From assembly GCF_009914755.1 (NCBI RefSeq), contig NC_060944.1: DNA of 64,000 bases; one strand, given 5' to 3'. Origin of the DNA: the human T2T-CHM13v2.0 reference genome, Homo sapiens. Every line of letters starts with the position of its first letter. Within the stretch, counting starts at the first letter, position 1. Of this stretch, positions 50,701 through 62,740 are shown one piece after another. Made by a program: the position numbers and the translations under genes. Below the pieces are notes generated by a model. The model searched no databases. It was given only the letters and a program-made list of their open reading frames with translations, and was not told the DNA's origin.

Positions 50701-53700
50701 TTTGCATTGAAGTCACAGAGTTGAACATTCCCTTTGAGAGAGCAGGTTTGAAACACGCCTTTTGTCATATCTGGAAGTGTCCATTCGGAGCGCATTCAGG
50801 CTTGTGTTGAAAAAGGAAATATCCTCCCAGAAAAACTAGACAGAAGCATTCTCAGAAACTTATCTGTGATGTATGTACTCAACTAACAGAACTAAACCAT
50901 CGTTTTGAAGGAGCAGTTTTGAAACACTCTTTTTGCGGAATCTGCAAGTGGATATTTGGCTAGCTGGGAGGATTTCGTTGGAAACGGGATTACATACAAA
51001 AAGCAGACAGCAGCATTCTCAGAAACTTCTTTGTGATGTTTGCATTCAAGTCACAGAGTTGAACATTCCCTTTCATAGAGCAGGTTTGAAACACTCTTTT
51101 TGTAGTATCTGGATGTGGACATTTGGATCGCTTTCAGGCCTATGGTGAAAAAGGAAATATCTTCCCATGAAAACTAGACAGAAGCATTCTCAGAAACTTA
51201 TTTGTGATGTGTGCCCTCAACTGACAGTGTTGAACCTTTGTTTTGATAGAGCAGTTCTGAAACACACTTTTTGTAAAATCTGCAAGAGGATATTTGGATA
51301 GCTTTGAGGATTTCGTTCGAAACGGGAATGTCTTCATGTAAACTCTGGACAGAAGCATTCTCAGAAACTGCTTTGGGATGTTTCAATTGAAGTCCCAGTG
51401 TTGAACATTCCCTTTCATAGAGCAGGTTTGAAACACTCTTTTTGTACTATCTGGAAGTGGACATTTGGAGCGCTTTCAGGTCTACGGTGAAAAAGGAGAT
51501 ATCTTCCAATAAAAACTAGATAGAAGCAATGTCAGAACTTTTTTCATGATGTATCTACTCAGCAAACAGAGTTGAACCTTTCTTTTGAGAGAGCAGTTTT
51601 GAAACACTCTTTTTGTGGAATATGCAAGTGGGTATTAGGCCAGCTTGGAGGATTTCGTTGGAAACGGGAATACGTATAAAAAGCAGACAGCAGCATTGTC
51701 AGAAACTACTTTGTGATGTTTGCATTCAAGTCACAGAATTGAACACTCCCTTTCACAGAGCAGGTTTGAAACACTCTTTTTGTAGTGTCTGTAAGTGAAC
51801 ATTTGGATTGCTTTCAGGTCTAAGGTGAAAAAGGAAATATCTTCCCATAAAAACTAGACAGAAGCATTCTCAGAAACTTGTTTGTGATGTGTGCCCTCTA
51901 CTGACAGAGTTGAACCTTTCTTTGCAAAGAGCAGTTTTGAAACACTCTTTTTGTAGAATCTGCAAGAGGATATTTGGATAGCTTTGAGGATTTCTTGGGA
52001 AACGGGAATGTCTTCAGATAAACTCTAGACAGAAGCATTCTCAGAAACTTCTTTGGGATGTTTCAATTGAAGTCACAGTGTTGAACATTCCCTTTCACAG
52101 AGCAGGTTTGAAACACTCTTTTTGTAGTGTCTATAAGTGAACATTTGGCGTGCTTTCAGGCCTAACGTGAAAAAGGAAATATCTTCCCATAAAAACTAGA
52201 CAGAAGCATTCTCAGAAACTTGTTCGTGATGTGTCCCCTCTACTGACAGAGTTGAACCTTTCTTTGCAAAGAGCAGCTTTGAAACACTCTTTTTGTAGAA
52301 TCTGCAAGAGGATATTTGGACAGCTTGGAGGATTTCGTTGGAAACGGGTATGTCTTCAGATAAACTCTAGACAGAAGCATTCTCAGAAACTTCTTTGGGA
52401 TGTTGCATTCAAGTCACAGAGTAGAACATTCCCATTCATAGAGCAGATTTGAAACACTCTTTTTGTAGTATCTGGAAGTGGACATTTGGAGCGCTTTCAG
52501 GCCTATGTTGAAAAAGGAAATATCTTCCCATAAAAACTAGACGGAAGCATTCTCAGAAACTTATTTGTGATGTGTTTGCTCAACTAACAGGATTGAACCA
52601 TCGTTTTGAAGGAGCAGTTTTGAAACACTGTTTTCGTGGAATCTGCAAGTGGATATTTGGCTAGCTTTGAGGATTTCGTTGGAAACGGGATTACATATAA
52701 AAAGGAGACAGCAGCATTCTCAGAAACTTCTTTGTGATGTCTGCATTCAATTCACAGAGTTGAGCATTCCCTTTCATAGAGCAGGTTGGAAACACTCTTT
52801 TTGTAGTATCTGGATGAGGACATTTGGAGCGCTTTCAGGCGTATGGTGAAAAAGGAAATATCTTCCCGTAAAAACTAGACAGAAGCATTCTCAGAAGTTT
52901 ATTTGTGATGTGTGCCCTCAACTAACAGAGTTGAACCTTTCTTTTGATAGAGCAGTTTTGAAACACTCTTTTTGTAAAATCTGCAAGAGGATATTTGGAT
53001 AGCTTTGAGGATTTCGTTGCAAACGGGAATGGCTTCATATAAACTCTAGACAGAAGCATTCTCAGAAACTTCGTTGGGATGTTTCGATTGAAGTCCCAGT
53101 GTTGAACATTCCCTTTTATAGAGCAGGTTGGAAACACTCTTTCTGCATTCCCTGGAAGTGGACATTTGGAGCGCTTTCAGGACGACGGTGAAAATGGAAA
53201 TATCTTCCAAGAAAATCTAGATAGAAGCAACGTCAGAAACTTTTATGTGATGGATCTACTCAGCTAACAGAGTTGAACCTTTCTTTTGAGAGAGCAGTTT
53301 TGCAACACTCTTTTTGTGGAATATGCAAGTGGATATTAGGGCAGCTTTGAGGATTTCGTTGGAAACGGGAATACATGTAAAAAGCAGACAGCAGCATTCT
53401 CAGAAACTTCTTTGTGATGTTTGCATTGAAGTCACAGAGTTGAACATTCCCTTTGAGAGAGCAGGTTTGAAACACGCCTTTTGTCATATCTGGAAGTGTC
53501 CATTCGGAGCGCATTCAGGCTTGTGTTGAAAAAGGAAATATCCTCCCAGAAAAACTAGACAGAAGGATTCTCAGAAACTTATCTGTGATGTATGTACTCA
53601 ACTAACAGAACTAAACCATCGTTTTGAAGGAGCAGTTTTGAAACACTCATTTTGCGGAATCTGCAAGTGGATATTTGGCTAGCTGGGAGGATTTCGTTGG

Positions 53701-56700
53701 AAACGGGATTACATACAAAAAGCAGACAGCAGCATTCTCAGAAACTTCTTTGTGATGTTTGCATTCAAGTCACAGAGTTGAACATTCCCTTTCATAGAGC
53801 AGGTTTGAAACACTCTTTTTGTAGTATCTGGATGTGGACATTTGGATCGCTTTCAGGCCTATGGTGAAAAAGGAAATATCTTCCCATGAAAACTAGACAG
53901 AAGCATTCTCAGAAACTTATTTGTGATGTGTGCCCTCAACTGACAGTGTTGAACCTTTGTTTTGATAGAGCAGTTCTGAAACACACTTTTTGTAAAATCT
54001 GCAAGAGGATATTTGGATAGCTTTGAGGATTTCGTTGGAAACGGGAATGTCTTCATGTAAACTCTAGACAGAAGCATTCTCAGAAACTGCTTTGGGATGT
54101 TTCAATTGAAGTCCCAGTGTTGAACATTCCCTTTCATAGAGCAGGTTTGAAACACTCTTTTTGTACTATCTGGAAGTGGACATTTGGAGCGCTTTCAGGT
54201 CTACGGTGAAAAAGGAGATATCTTCCAATAAAAACTAGATAGAAGCAATGTCAGAACTTTTTTCATGATGTATCTACTCAGCAAACAGAGTTGAACCTTT
54301 CTTTTGAGAGAGCAGTTTTGAAACACTCTTTTTGTGGAATATGCAAGTGGGTATTAGGCCAGCTTGGAGGATTTCGTTGGAAACGGGAATACGTATAAAA
54401 AGCAGACAGCAGCATTGTCAGAAACTACTTTGTGATGTTTGCATTCAAGTCACAGAATTGAACACTCCCTTTCACAGAGCAGGTTTGAAACACTCTTTTT
54501 GTAGTGTCTGTAAGTGAACATTTGGATTGCTTTCAGGCCTAAGGTGAAAAAGGAAATATCTTCCCATAAAAACTAGACAGAAGCATTCTCAGAAACTTGT
54601 TTGTGATGTGTGCCCTCTACTGACAGAGTTGAACCTTTCTTTGCAAAGAGCAGTTTTGAAACACCCTTTTTGTAGAATCTGCAAGAGGATATTTGGATAG
54701 CTTTGAGGATTTCTTGGGAAACGGGAATGTCTTCAGATAAACTCTAGACAGAAGCATTCTCAGAAACTTCTTTGGGATGTTTCAATTGAAGTCACAGTGT
54801 TGAACATTCCCTTTCACAGAGCAGGTTTGAAACACTCTTTTTGTAGTGTCTATAAGTGAACATTTGGCGTGCTTTCAGGCGTAACGTGAAAAAGGAAATA
54901 TCTTCCCATAAAAACTAGACAGAAGCATTCTCAGAAACTTGTTCTTGATGTGTCCCCTCTACTGACAGAGTTGAACCTTTCTTTGCAAAGAGCAGCTTTG
55001 AAACACACTTTTTGTAGAATCTGCAAGAGGATATTTGGATAGCTTGGAGGATTTCGTTGGAAACGGGTATGTCTTCAGATAAACTCTAGACAGAAGCATT
55101 CTCAGAAACTTCTTTGGGATGTTGCATTCAAGTCACAGAGTAGAACATTCCCATTCATAGAGCAGATTTGAAACACTCTTTTTGTAGTATCTGGAAGTGG
55201 ACATTTGGAGCGCTTTCAGGCCTATGTTGAAAAAGGAAATATCTTCCCATAAAAACTAGACGGAAGCATTCTCAGAAACTTATTTGTGATGTGTTTGCTC
55301 AACTAACAGGATTGAACCATCGTTTTGAAGGAGCAGTTTTGAAACACTGTTTTCGTGGAATCTGCAAGTGGATATTTGGCTAGCTTTGAGGATTTCGTTG
55401 GAAACGGGATTACATATAAAAAGGAGACAGCAGCATTCTCAGAAACTTCTTTGTGATGTCTGCATTCAATTCACAGAGTTGAGCATTCCCTTTCATAGAG
55501 CAGGTTGGAAACACTCTTTTTGTAGTATCTGGATGAGGACATTTGGAGCGCTTTCAGGCGTATGGTGAAAAAGGAAATATCTTCCCGTAAAAACTAGACA
55601 GAAGCATTCTCAGAAGTTTATTTGTGATGTGTGCCCTCAACTAACAGAGTTGAACCTTTCTTTTGATAGAGCAGTTTTGAAACACTCTTTTTGTAAAATC
55701 TGCAAGAGGATATTTGGATAGCTTTGAGGATTTCGTTGCAAACGGGAATGGCTTCATATAAACTCTAGACAGAAGCATTCTCAGAAACTTCGTTGGGATG
55801 TTTCGATTGAAGTCCCAGTGTTGAACATTCCCTTTTATAGAGCAGGTTGGAAACACTCTTTCTGCATTCCCTGGAAGTGGACATTTGGAGCGCTTTCAGG
55901 ACGACGGTGAAAATGGAAATATCTTCCAAGAAAATCTAGATAGAAGCAACGTCAGAAACTTTTATGTGATGGATCTACTCAGCTAACAGAGTTGAACCTT
56001 TCTTTTGAGAGAGCAGTTTTGCAACACTCTTTTTGTGGAATATGCAAGTGGATATTAGGGCAGCTTTGAGGATTTCGTTGGAAACGGGAATACATGTAAA
56101 AAGCAGACAGCAGCATTCTCAGAAACTTCTTTGTGATGTTTGCATTGAAGTCACAGAGTTGAACATTCCCTTTGAGAGAGCAGGTTTGAAACACGCCTTT
56201 TGTCATATCTGGAAGTGTCCATTCGGAGCGCATTCAGGCTTGTGTTGAAAAAGGAAATATCCTCCCAGAAAAACTAGACAGAAGGATTCTCAGAAACTTA
56301 TCTGTGATGTATGTACTCAACTAACAGAACTAAACCATCGTTTTGAAGGAGCAGTTTTGAAACACTCTTTTTGCGGAATCTGCAAGTGGATATTTGGCTA
56401 GCTGGGAGGATTTCGTTGGAAACGGGATTACATACAAAAAGCAGACAGCAGCATTCTCAGAAACTTCTTTGTGATGTTTGCATTCAAGTCACAGAGTTGA
56501 ACATTCCCTTTCATAGAGCAGGTTTGAAACACTCTTTTTGTAGTATCTGGATGTGGACATTTGGATCGCTTTCAGGCCTATGGTGAAAAAGGAAATATCT
56601 TCCCATGAAGACTAGACAGAAGCATTCTCAGAAACTTATTTGTGATGTGTGCCCTCAACTGACAGTGTTGAACCTTTGTTTTGATAGAGCAGTTCTGAAA

Positions 56701-59700
56701 CACACTTTTTGTAAAATCTGCAAGAGGATATTTGGATAGCTTTGAGGATTTCGTTGGAAACGGGAATGTCTTCATGTAAACTCTAGACAGAAGCATTCTC
56801 AGAAACTGCTTTGGGATGTTTCAATTGAAGTCCCAGTGTTGAACATTCCCATTCATAGAGCAGGTTTGAAACACTCTTTTTGTACTATCTGGAAGTGGAC
56901 ATTTGGAGCGCTTTCAGGTCTACGGTGAAAAAGGAGATATCTTCCAATAAAAACTAGATAGAAGCAATGTCAGAACTTTTTTCATGATGTATCTACTCAG
57001 CAAACAGAGTTGAACCTTTCTTTTGAGAGAGCAGTTTTGAAACACTCTTTTTGTGGAATATGCAAGTGGGTATTAGGCCAGCTTGGAGGATTTCGTTGGA
57101 AACGGGAATACGTATAAAAAGCAGACAGCAGCATTGTCAGAAACTACTTTGTGATGTTTGCATTCAAGTCACAGAATTGAACACTCCCTTTCACAGAGCA
57201 GGTTTGAAACACTCTTTTTGTAGTGTCTGTAAGTGAACATTTGGATTGCTTTCAGGCCTAAGGTGAAAAAGGAAATATTTTCCCATAAAAACTAGACAGA
57301 AGCATTCTCAGAAACTTGTTTGTGATGTGTGCCCTCTACTGACAGAGTTGAAGCTTTCTTTGCAAAGAGCAGTTTTGAAACACTCTTTTTGTAGAATCTG
57401 CAAGAGGATATTTGGATAGCTTTGAGGATTTCTTGGGAAACGGGAATGTCTTCAGATAAACTCTAGACAGAAGCATTCTCAGAAACTTCTTTGGGATGTT
57501 TCAATTGAAGTCACAGTGTTGAACATTCCCTTTCACAGAGCAGGTTTGAAACACTCTTTTTGTAGTGTCTATAAGTGTACATTTGGCGTGCTTTCAGGCC
57601 TAACGTGAAAAAGGAAATATCTTCCCATAAAAACTAGACAGAAGCATTCTCAGAAACTTGTTCTTGATGTGTCCCCTCTACTGACAGAGTTGAACCTTTC
57701 TTTGCAAAGAGCAGCTTTGAAACACTCTTTTTGTAGAATCTGCAAGAGGATATTTGGATAGCTTGGAGGATTTCGTTGGAAACGGGTATGTCTTCAGATA
57801 AACTCTAGACAGAAGCATTCTCAGAAACTTCTTTGGAATGTTGCATTCAAGTCACAGAGTAGAACATTCCCATTCATAGAGCAGATTTGAAACACTCTTT
57901 TTGTAGTATCTGGAAGTGGACATTTGGAGCGCTTTCAGGCCTATGTTGAAAAAGGAAATATCTTCCCATAAAAACTAGACGGAAGCATTCTCAGAAACTT
58001 ATTTGTGATGTGTTTGCTCAACTAACAGGATTGAACCATCGTTTTGAAGGAGCAGTTTTGAAACACTGTTTTCGTGGAATCTGCAAGTGGATATTTGGCT
58101 AGCTTTGAGGATTTCGTTGGAAACGGGATTACATATAAAAAGGAGACAGCAGCATTCTCAGAAACTTCTTTGTGATGTCTGCATTCAATTCACAGAGTTG
58201 AGCATTCCCTTTCATAGAGCAGGTTGGAAACACTCTTTTTGTAGTATCTGGATGAGGACATTTGGAGCGCTTTCAGGCGTATGGTGAAAAAGGAAATATC
58301 TTCCCGTAAAAACTAGACAGAAGCATTCTCAGAAGTTTATTTGTGATGTGTGCCCTCAACTAACAGAGTTGAACCTTTCTTTTGATAGAGCAGTTTTGAA
58401 ACACTCTTTTTGTAAAATCTGCAAGAGGATATTTGGATAGTTTTGAGGATTTCGTTGCAAACGGGAATGGCTTCATATAAACTCTAGACAGAAGCATTCT
58501 CAGAAACTTCGTTGGGATGTTTCGATTGAAGTCCCAGTGTTGAACATTCCCTTTTATAGAGCAGGTTGGAAACACTCTTTCTGCATTCCCTGGAAGTGGA
58601 CATTTGGAGCGCTTTCAGGACGACGGTGAAAATGGAAATATCTTCCAAGAAAATCTAGATAGAAGCAATGTCAGAAACTTTTATGTGATGGATCTACTCA
58701 GCTAACAGAGTTGAACCTTTCTTTTGAGAGAGCAGTTTTGCAACACTCTTTTTGTGGAATATGCAAGTGGATATTAGGGCAGCTTTGAGGATTTCGTTGG
58801 AAACGGGAATACATGTAAAAAGCAGACAGCAGCATTCTCAGAAACTTCTTTGTGATGTTTGCATTGAAGTCACAGAGTTGAACATTCCCTTTGAGAGAGC
58901 AGGTTTGAAACACGCCTTTTGTCATATCTGGAAGTGTCCATTCGGAGCGCATTCAGGCTTGTGTTGAAAAAGGAAATATCCTCCCATAAAAACTAGACAG
59001 AAGCATTCTCAGAAACTTATCTGTGATGTATGTACTCAACTAACAGAACTAAACCATCGTTTTGAAGGAGCAGTTTTGAAACACTCTTTTTGCGGAATCT
59101 GCAAGTGGATATTTGGCTAGCTGGGAGGATTTCGTTGGAAACGGGATTACATACAAAAAGCAGACAGCAGCATTCTCAGAAACTTCTTTGTGATGTTTGC
59201 ATTCAAGTCACAGAGTTGAACATTCCCTTTCATAGAGCAGGTTTGAAACACTCTTTTTGTAGTATCTGGATGTGGACATTTGGATCGCTTTCAGGCCTAT
59301 GGTGAAAAAGGAAATATCTTCCCATGAAGACTAGACAGAAGCATTCTCAGAAACTTATTTGTGATGTGTGCCCTCAACTGACAGTGTTGAACCTTTGTTT
59401 TGATAGAGCAGTTCTGAAACACACTTTTTGTAAAATCTGCAAGAGGATATTTGGATAGCTTTGAGGATTTCGTTGGAAACGGGAATGTCTTCATGTAAAC
59501 TCTGGACAGAAGCATTCTCAGAAACTGCTTTGGGATGTTTCAATTGAAGTCCCAGTGTTGAACATTCCCTTTCATAGAGCAGGTTTGAAACACTCTTTTT
59601 GTACTATCTGGAAGTGGACATTTGGAGCGCTTTCAGGTCTACGGTGAAAAAGGAGATATCTTCCAATAAAAACTAGATAGAAGCAATGTCAGAACTTTTT

Positions 59701-61384
59701 TCATGATGTATCTACTCAGCAAACAGAGTTGAACCTTTCTTTTGAGAGAGCAGTTTTGAAACACTCTTTTTGTGGAATATGCAAGTGGGTATTAGGCCAG
59801 CTTGGAGGATTTCGTTGGAAACGGGAATACGTATAAAAAGCAGACAGCAGCATTGTCAGAAACTACTTTGTGATGTTTGCATTCAAGTCACAGAATTGAA
59901 CACTCCCTTTCACAGAGCAGGTTTGAAACACTCTTTTTGTAGTGTCTGTAAGTGAACATTTGGATTGCTTTCAGGCCTAAGGTGAAAAAGGAAATATCTT
60001 CCCATAAAAACTAGACAGAAGCATTCTCAGAAACTTGTTTGTGATGTGTGCCCTCTACTGACAGAGTTGAACCTTTCTTTGCAAAGAGCAGTTTTGAAAC
60101 ACTCTTTTTGTAGAATCTGCAAGAGGATATTTGGATAGCTTTGAGGATTTCTTGGGAAACGGGAATGTCTTCAGATAAACTCTAGACAGAAGCATTCTCA
60201 GAAACTTCTTTGGGATGTTTCAATTGAAGTCACAGTGTTGAACATTCCCTTTCACAGAGCAGGTTTGAAACACTCTTTTTGTAGTGTCTATAAGTGAACA
60301 TTTGGCGTGCTTTCAGGCCTAACGTGAAAAAGGAAATATCTTCCCATAAAAACTAGACAGAAGCATTCTCAGAAACTTGTTCGTGATGTGTGCCCTCTAC
60401 TGACAGAGTTGAACCTTTCTTTGCAAAGAGCAGCTTTGAAACACACTTTTTGTAGAATCTGCAAGAGGATATTTGGATAGCTTGGAGGATTTCGTTGGAA
60501 ACGGGTATGTCTTCAGATAAACTCTAGACAGAAGCATTCTCAGAAACTTCTTTGGGATGTTGCATTCAAGTCACAGAGTAGAACATTCCCATTCATAGAG
60601 CAGATTTGAAACACTCTTTTTGTAGTATCTGGAAGTGGACATTTGGAGCGCTTTCAGGCCTATGTTGAAAAAGGAAATATCTTCCCATAAAAACTAGACG
60701 GAAGCATTCTCAGAAACTTATTTGTGATGTGTTTGCTCAACTAACAGGATTGAACCATCGTTTTGAAGGAGCAGTTTTGAAACACTGTTTTCGTGGAATC
60801 TGCAAGTGGATATTTGGCTAGCTTTGAGGATTTCGTTGGAAACGGGATTACATATAAAAAGGAGACAGCAGCATTCTCAGAAACTTCTTTGTGATGTCTG
60901 CATTCAATTCACAGAGTTGAGCATTCCCTTTCATAGAGCAGGTTGGAAACACTCTTTTTGTAGTATCTGGATGAGGACATTTGGAGCGCTTTCAGGCGTA
61001 TGGTGAAAAAGGAAATATCTTCCCGTAAAAACTAGACAGAAGCATTCTCAGAAGTTTATTTGTGATGTGTGCCCTCAACTAACAGAGTTGAACCTTTCTT
61101 TTCATACAGCAGTTTTGAAACACTCTTTTTGTAAAATCTGCAAGAGGATATTTGGATAGCTTTGAGGATTTCGTTGCAAACGGGAATGGCTTCATATAAA
61201 CTCTAGACAGAAGCATTCTCAGAAACTTCGTTGGGATGTTTCGATTGAAGTCCCAGTGTTGAACATTCCCTTTTATAGAGCAGGTTGGAAACACTCTTTC
61301 TGCATTCCCTGGAAGTGGACATTTGGAGCGCTTTCAGGACGACGGTGAAAATGGAAATATCTTCCAAGAAAATCTAGATAGAAG
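47790..61384 (+). repeat. Five canonical 16-mer HORs
   Basis: Spacings 47876 through 61471 are 2719 each. Confidence 0.95.
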
Positions 61385-62740
61385 CAATGTCAGAAACTTT
61401 TATGTGATGGATCTACTCAGCTAACAGAGTTGAACCTTTCTTTTGAGAGAGCAGTTTTGCAACACTCTTTTTGTGGAATATGCAAGTGGATATTAGGGCA
61501 GCTTTGAGGATTTCGTTGGAAACGGGAATACATGTAAAAAGCAGACAGCAGCATTCTCAGAAACTTCTTTGTGATGTTTGCATTGAAGTCACAGAGTTGA
61601 ACATTCCCTTTGAGAGAGCAGGTTTGAAACACGCCTTTTGTCATATCTGGAAGTGTCCATTCGGAGCGCATTCAGGCTTGTGTTGAAAAAGGAAATATCC
61701 TCCCATAAAAACTAGACAGAAGCATTCTCAGAAACTTATGTGTGATGTATGTACTCAACTAACAGAACTAAACCATCGTTTTGAAGGAGCAGTTTTGAAA
61801 CACTCTTTTTGCGGAATCTGCAAGTGGATATTTGGCTAGCTGGGAGGATTTCGTTGGAAACGGGATTACATACAAAAAGCAGAGAGCAGCATTCTCAGAA
61901 ACTTCTTTGTGATGTTTGCATTCAAGTCACAGAGTTGAACATTCCCTTTCATAGAGCAGGTTTGAAACACTCTTTTTGTAGTATCTGGAAGTGGACATTT
62001 GGAGCGCTTTCAGGCCTATGTTGAAAAAGGAAATATCTTCCCATAAAAACTAGACGGAAGCATTCTCAGAAACTTATTTGTGATGTGTTTGCTCAACTAA
62101 CAGGATTGAACCATCGTTTTGAAGGAGCAGTTTTGAAACACTGTTTTCGTGGAATCTGCAAGTGGATATTTGGCTAGCTTTGAGGATTTCGTTGGAAACG
62201 GGATTACATATAAAAAGGAGACAGCAGCATTCTCAGAAACTTCTTTGTGATGTCTGCATTCAATTCACAGAGTTGAGCATTCCCTTTCATAGAGCAGGTT
62301 GGAAACACTCTTTTTGTAGTATCTGGATGAGGACATTTGGAGCGCTTTCAGGCGTATGGTGAAAAAGGAAATATCTTCCCGTAAAAACTAGACAGAAGCA
62401 TTCTCAGAAGTTTATTTGTGATGTGTGCCCTCAACTAACAGAGTTGAACCTTTCTTTTGATAGAGCAGTTTTGAAACACTCTTTTTGTAAAATCTGCAAG
62501 AGGATATTTGGATAGCTTTGAGGATTTCGTTGCAAACGGGAATGGCTTCATATAAACTCTAGACAGAAGCATTCTCAGAAACTTCGTTGGGATGTTTCGA
62601 TTGAAGTCCCAGTGTTGAACATTCCCTTTTATAGAGCAGGTTGGAAACACTCTTTCTGCATTCCCTGGAAGTGGACATTTGGAGCGCTTTCAGGACGACG
62701 GTGAAAATGGAAATATCTTCCAAGAAAATCTAGATAGAAG
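61385..62740 (+). repeat. 8-mer HOR variant, second copy (1356 bp)
   Basis: Spacing 61471->62827 = 1356. Same junction at 61961-61989. Confidence 0.94.

Noticed and set aside
5301-55955. AGCAACGTC versus AGCAATGTC at the M1 start as a lineage marker
   Set aside because: It is a CpG/TpG site prone to recurrent mutation, so it is not reliable alone.
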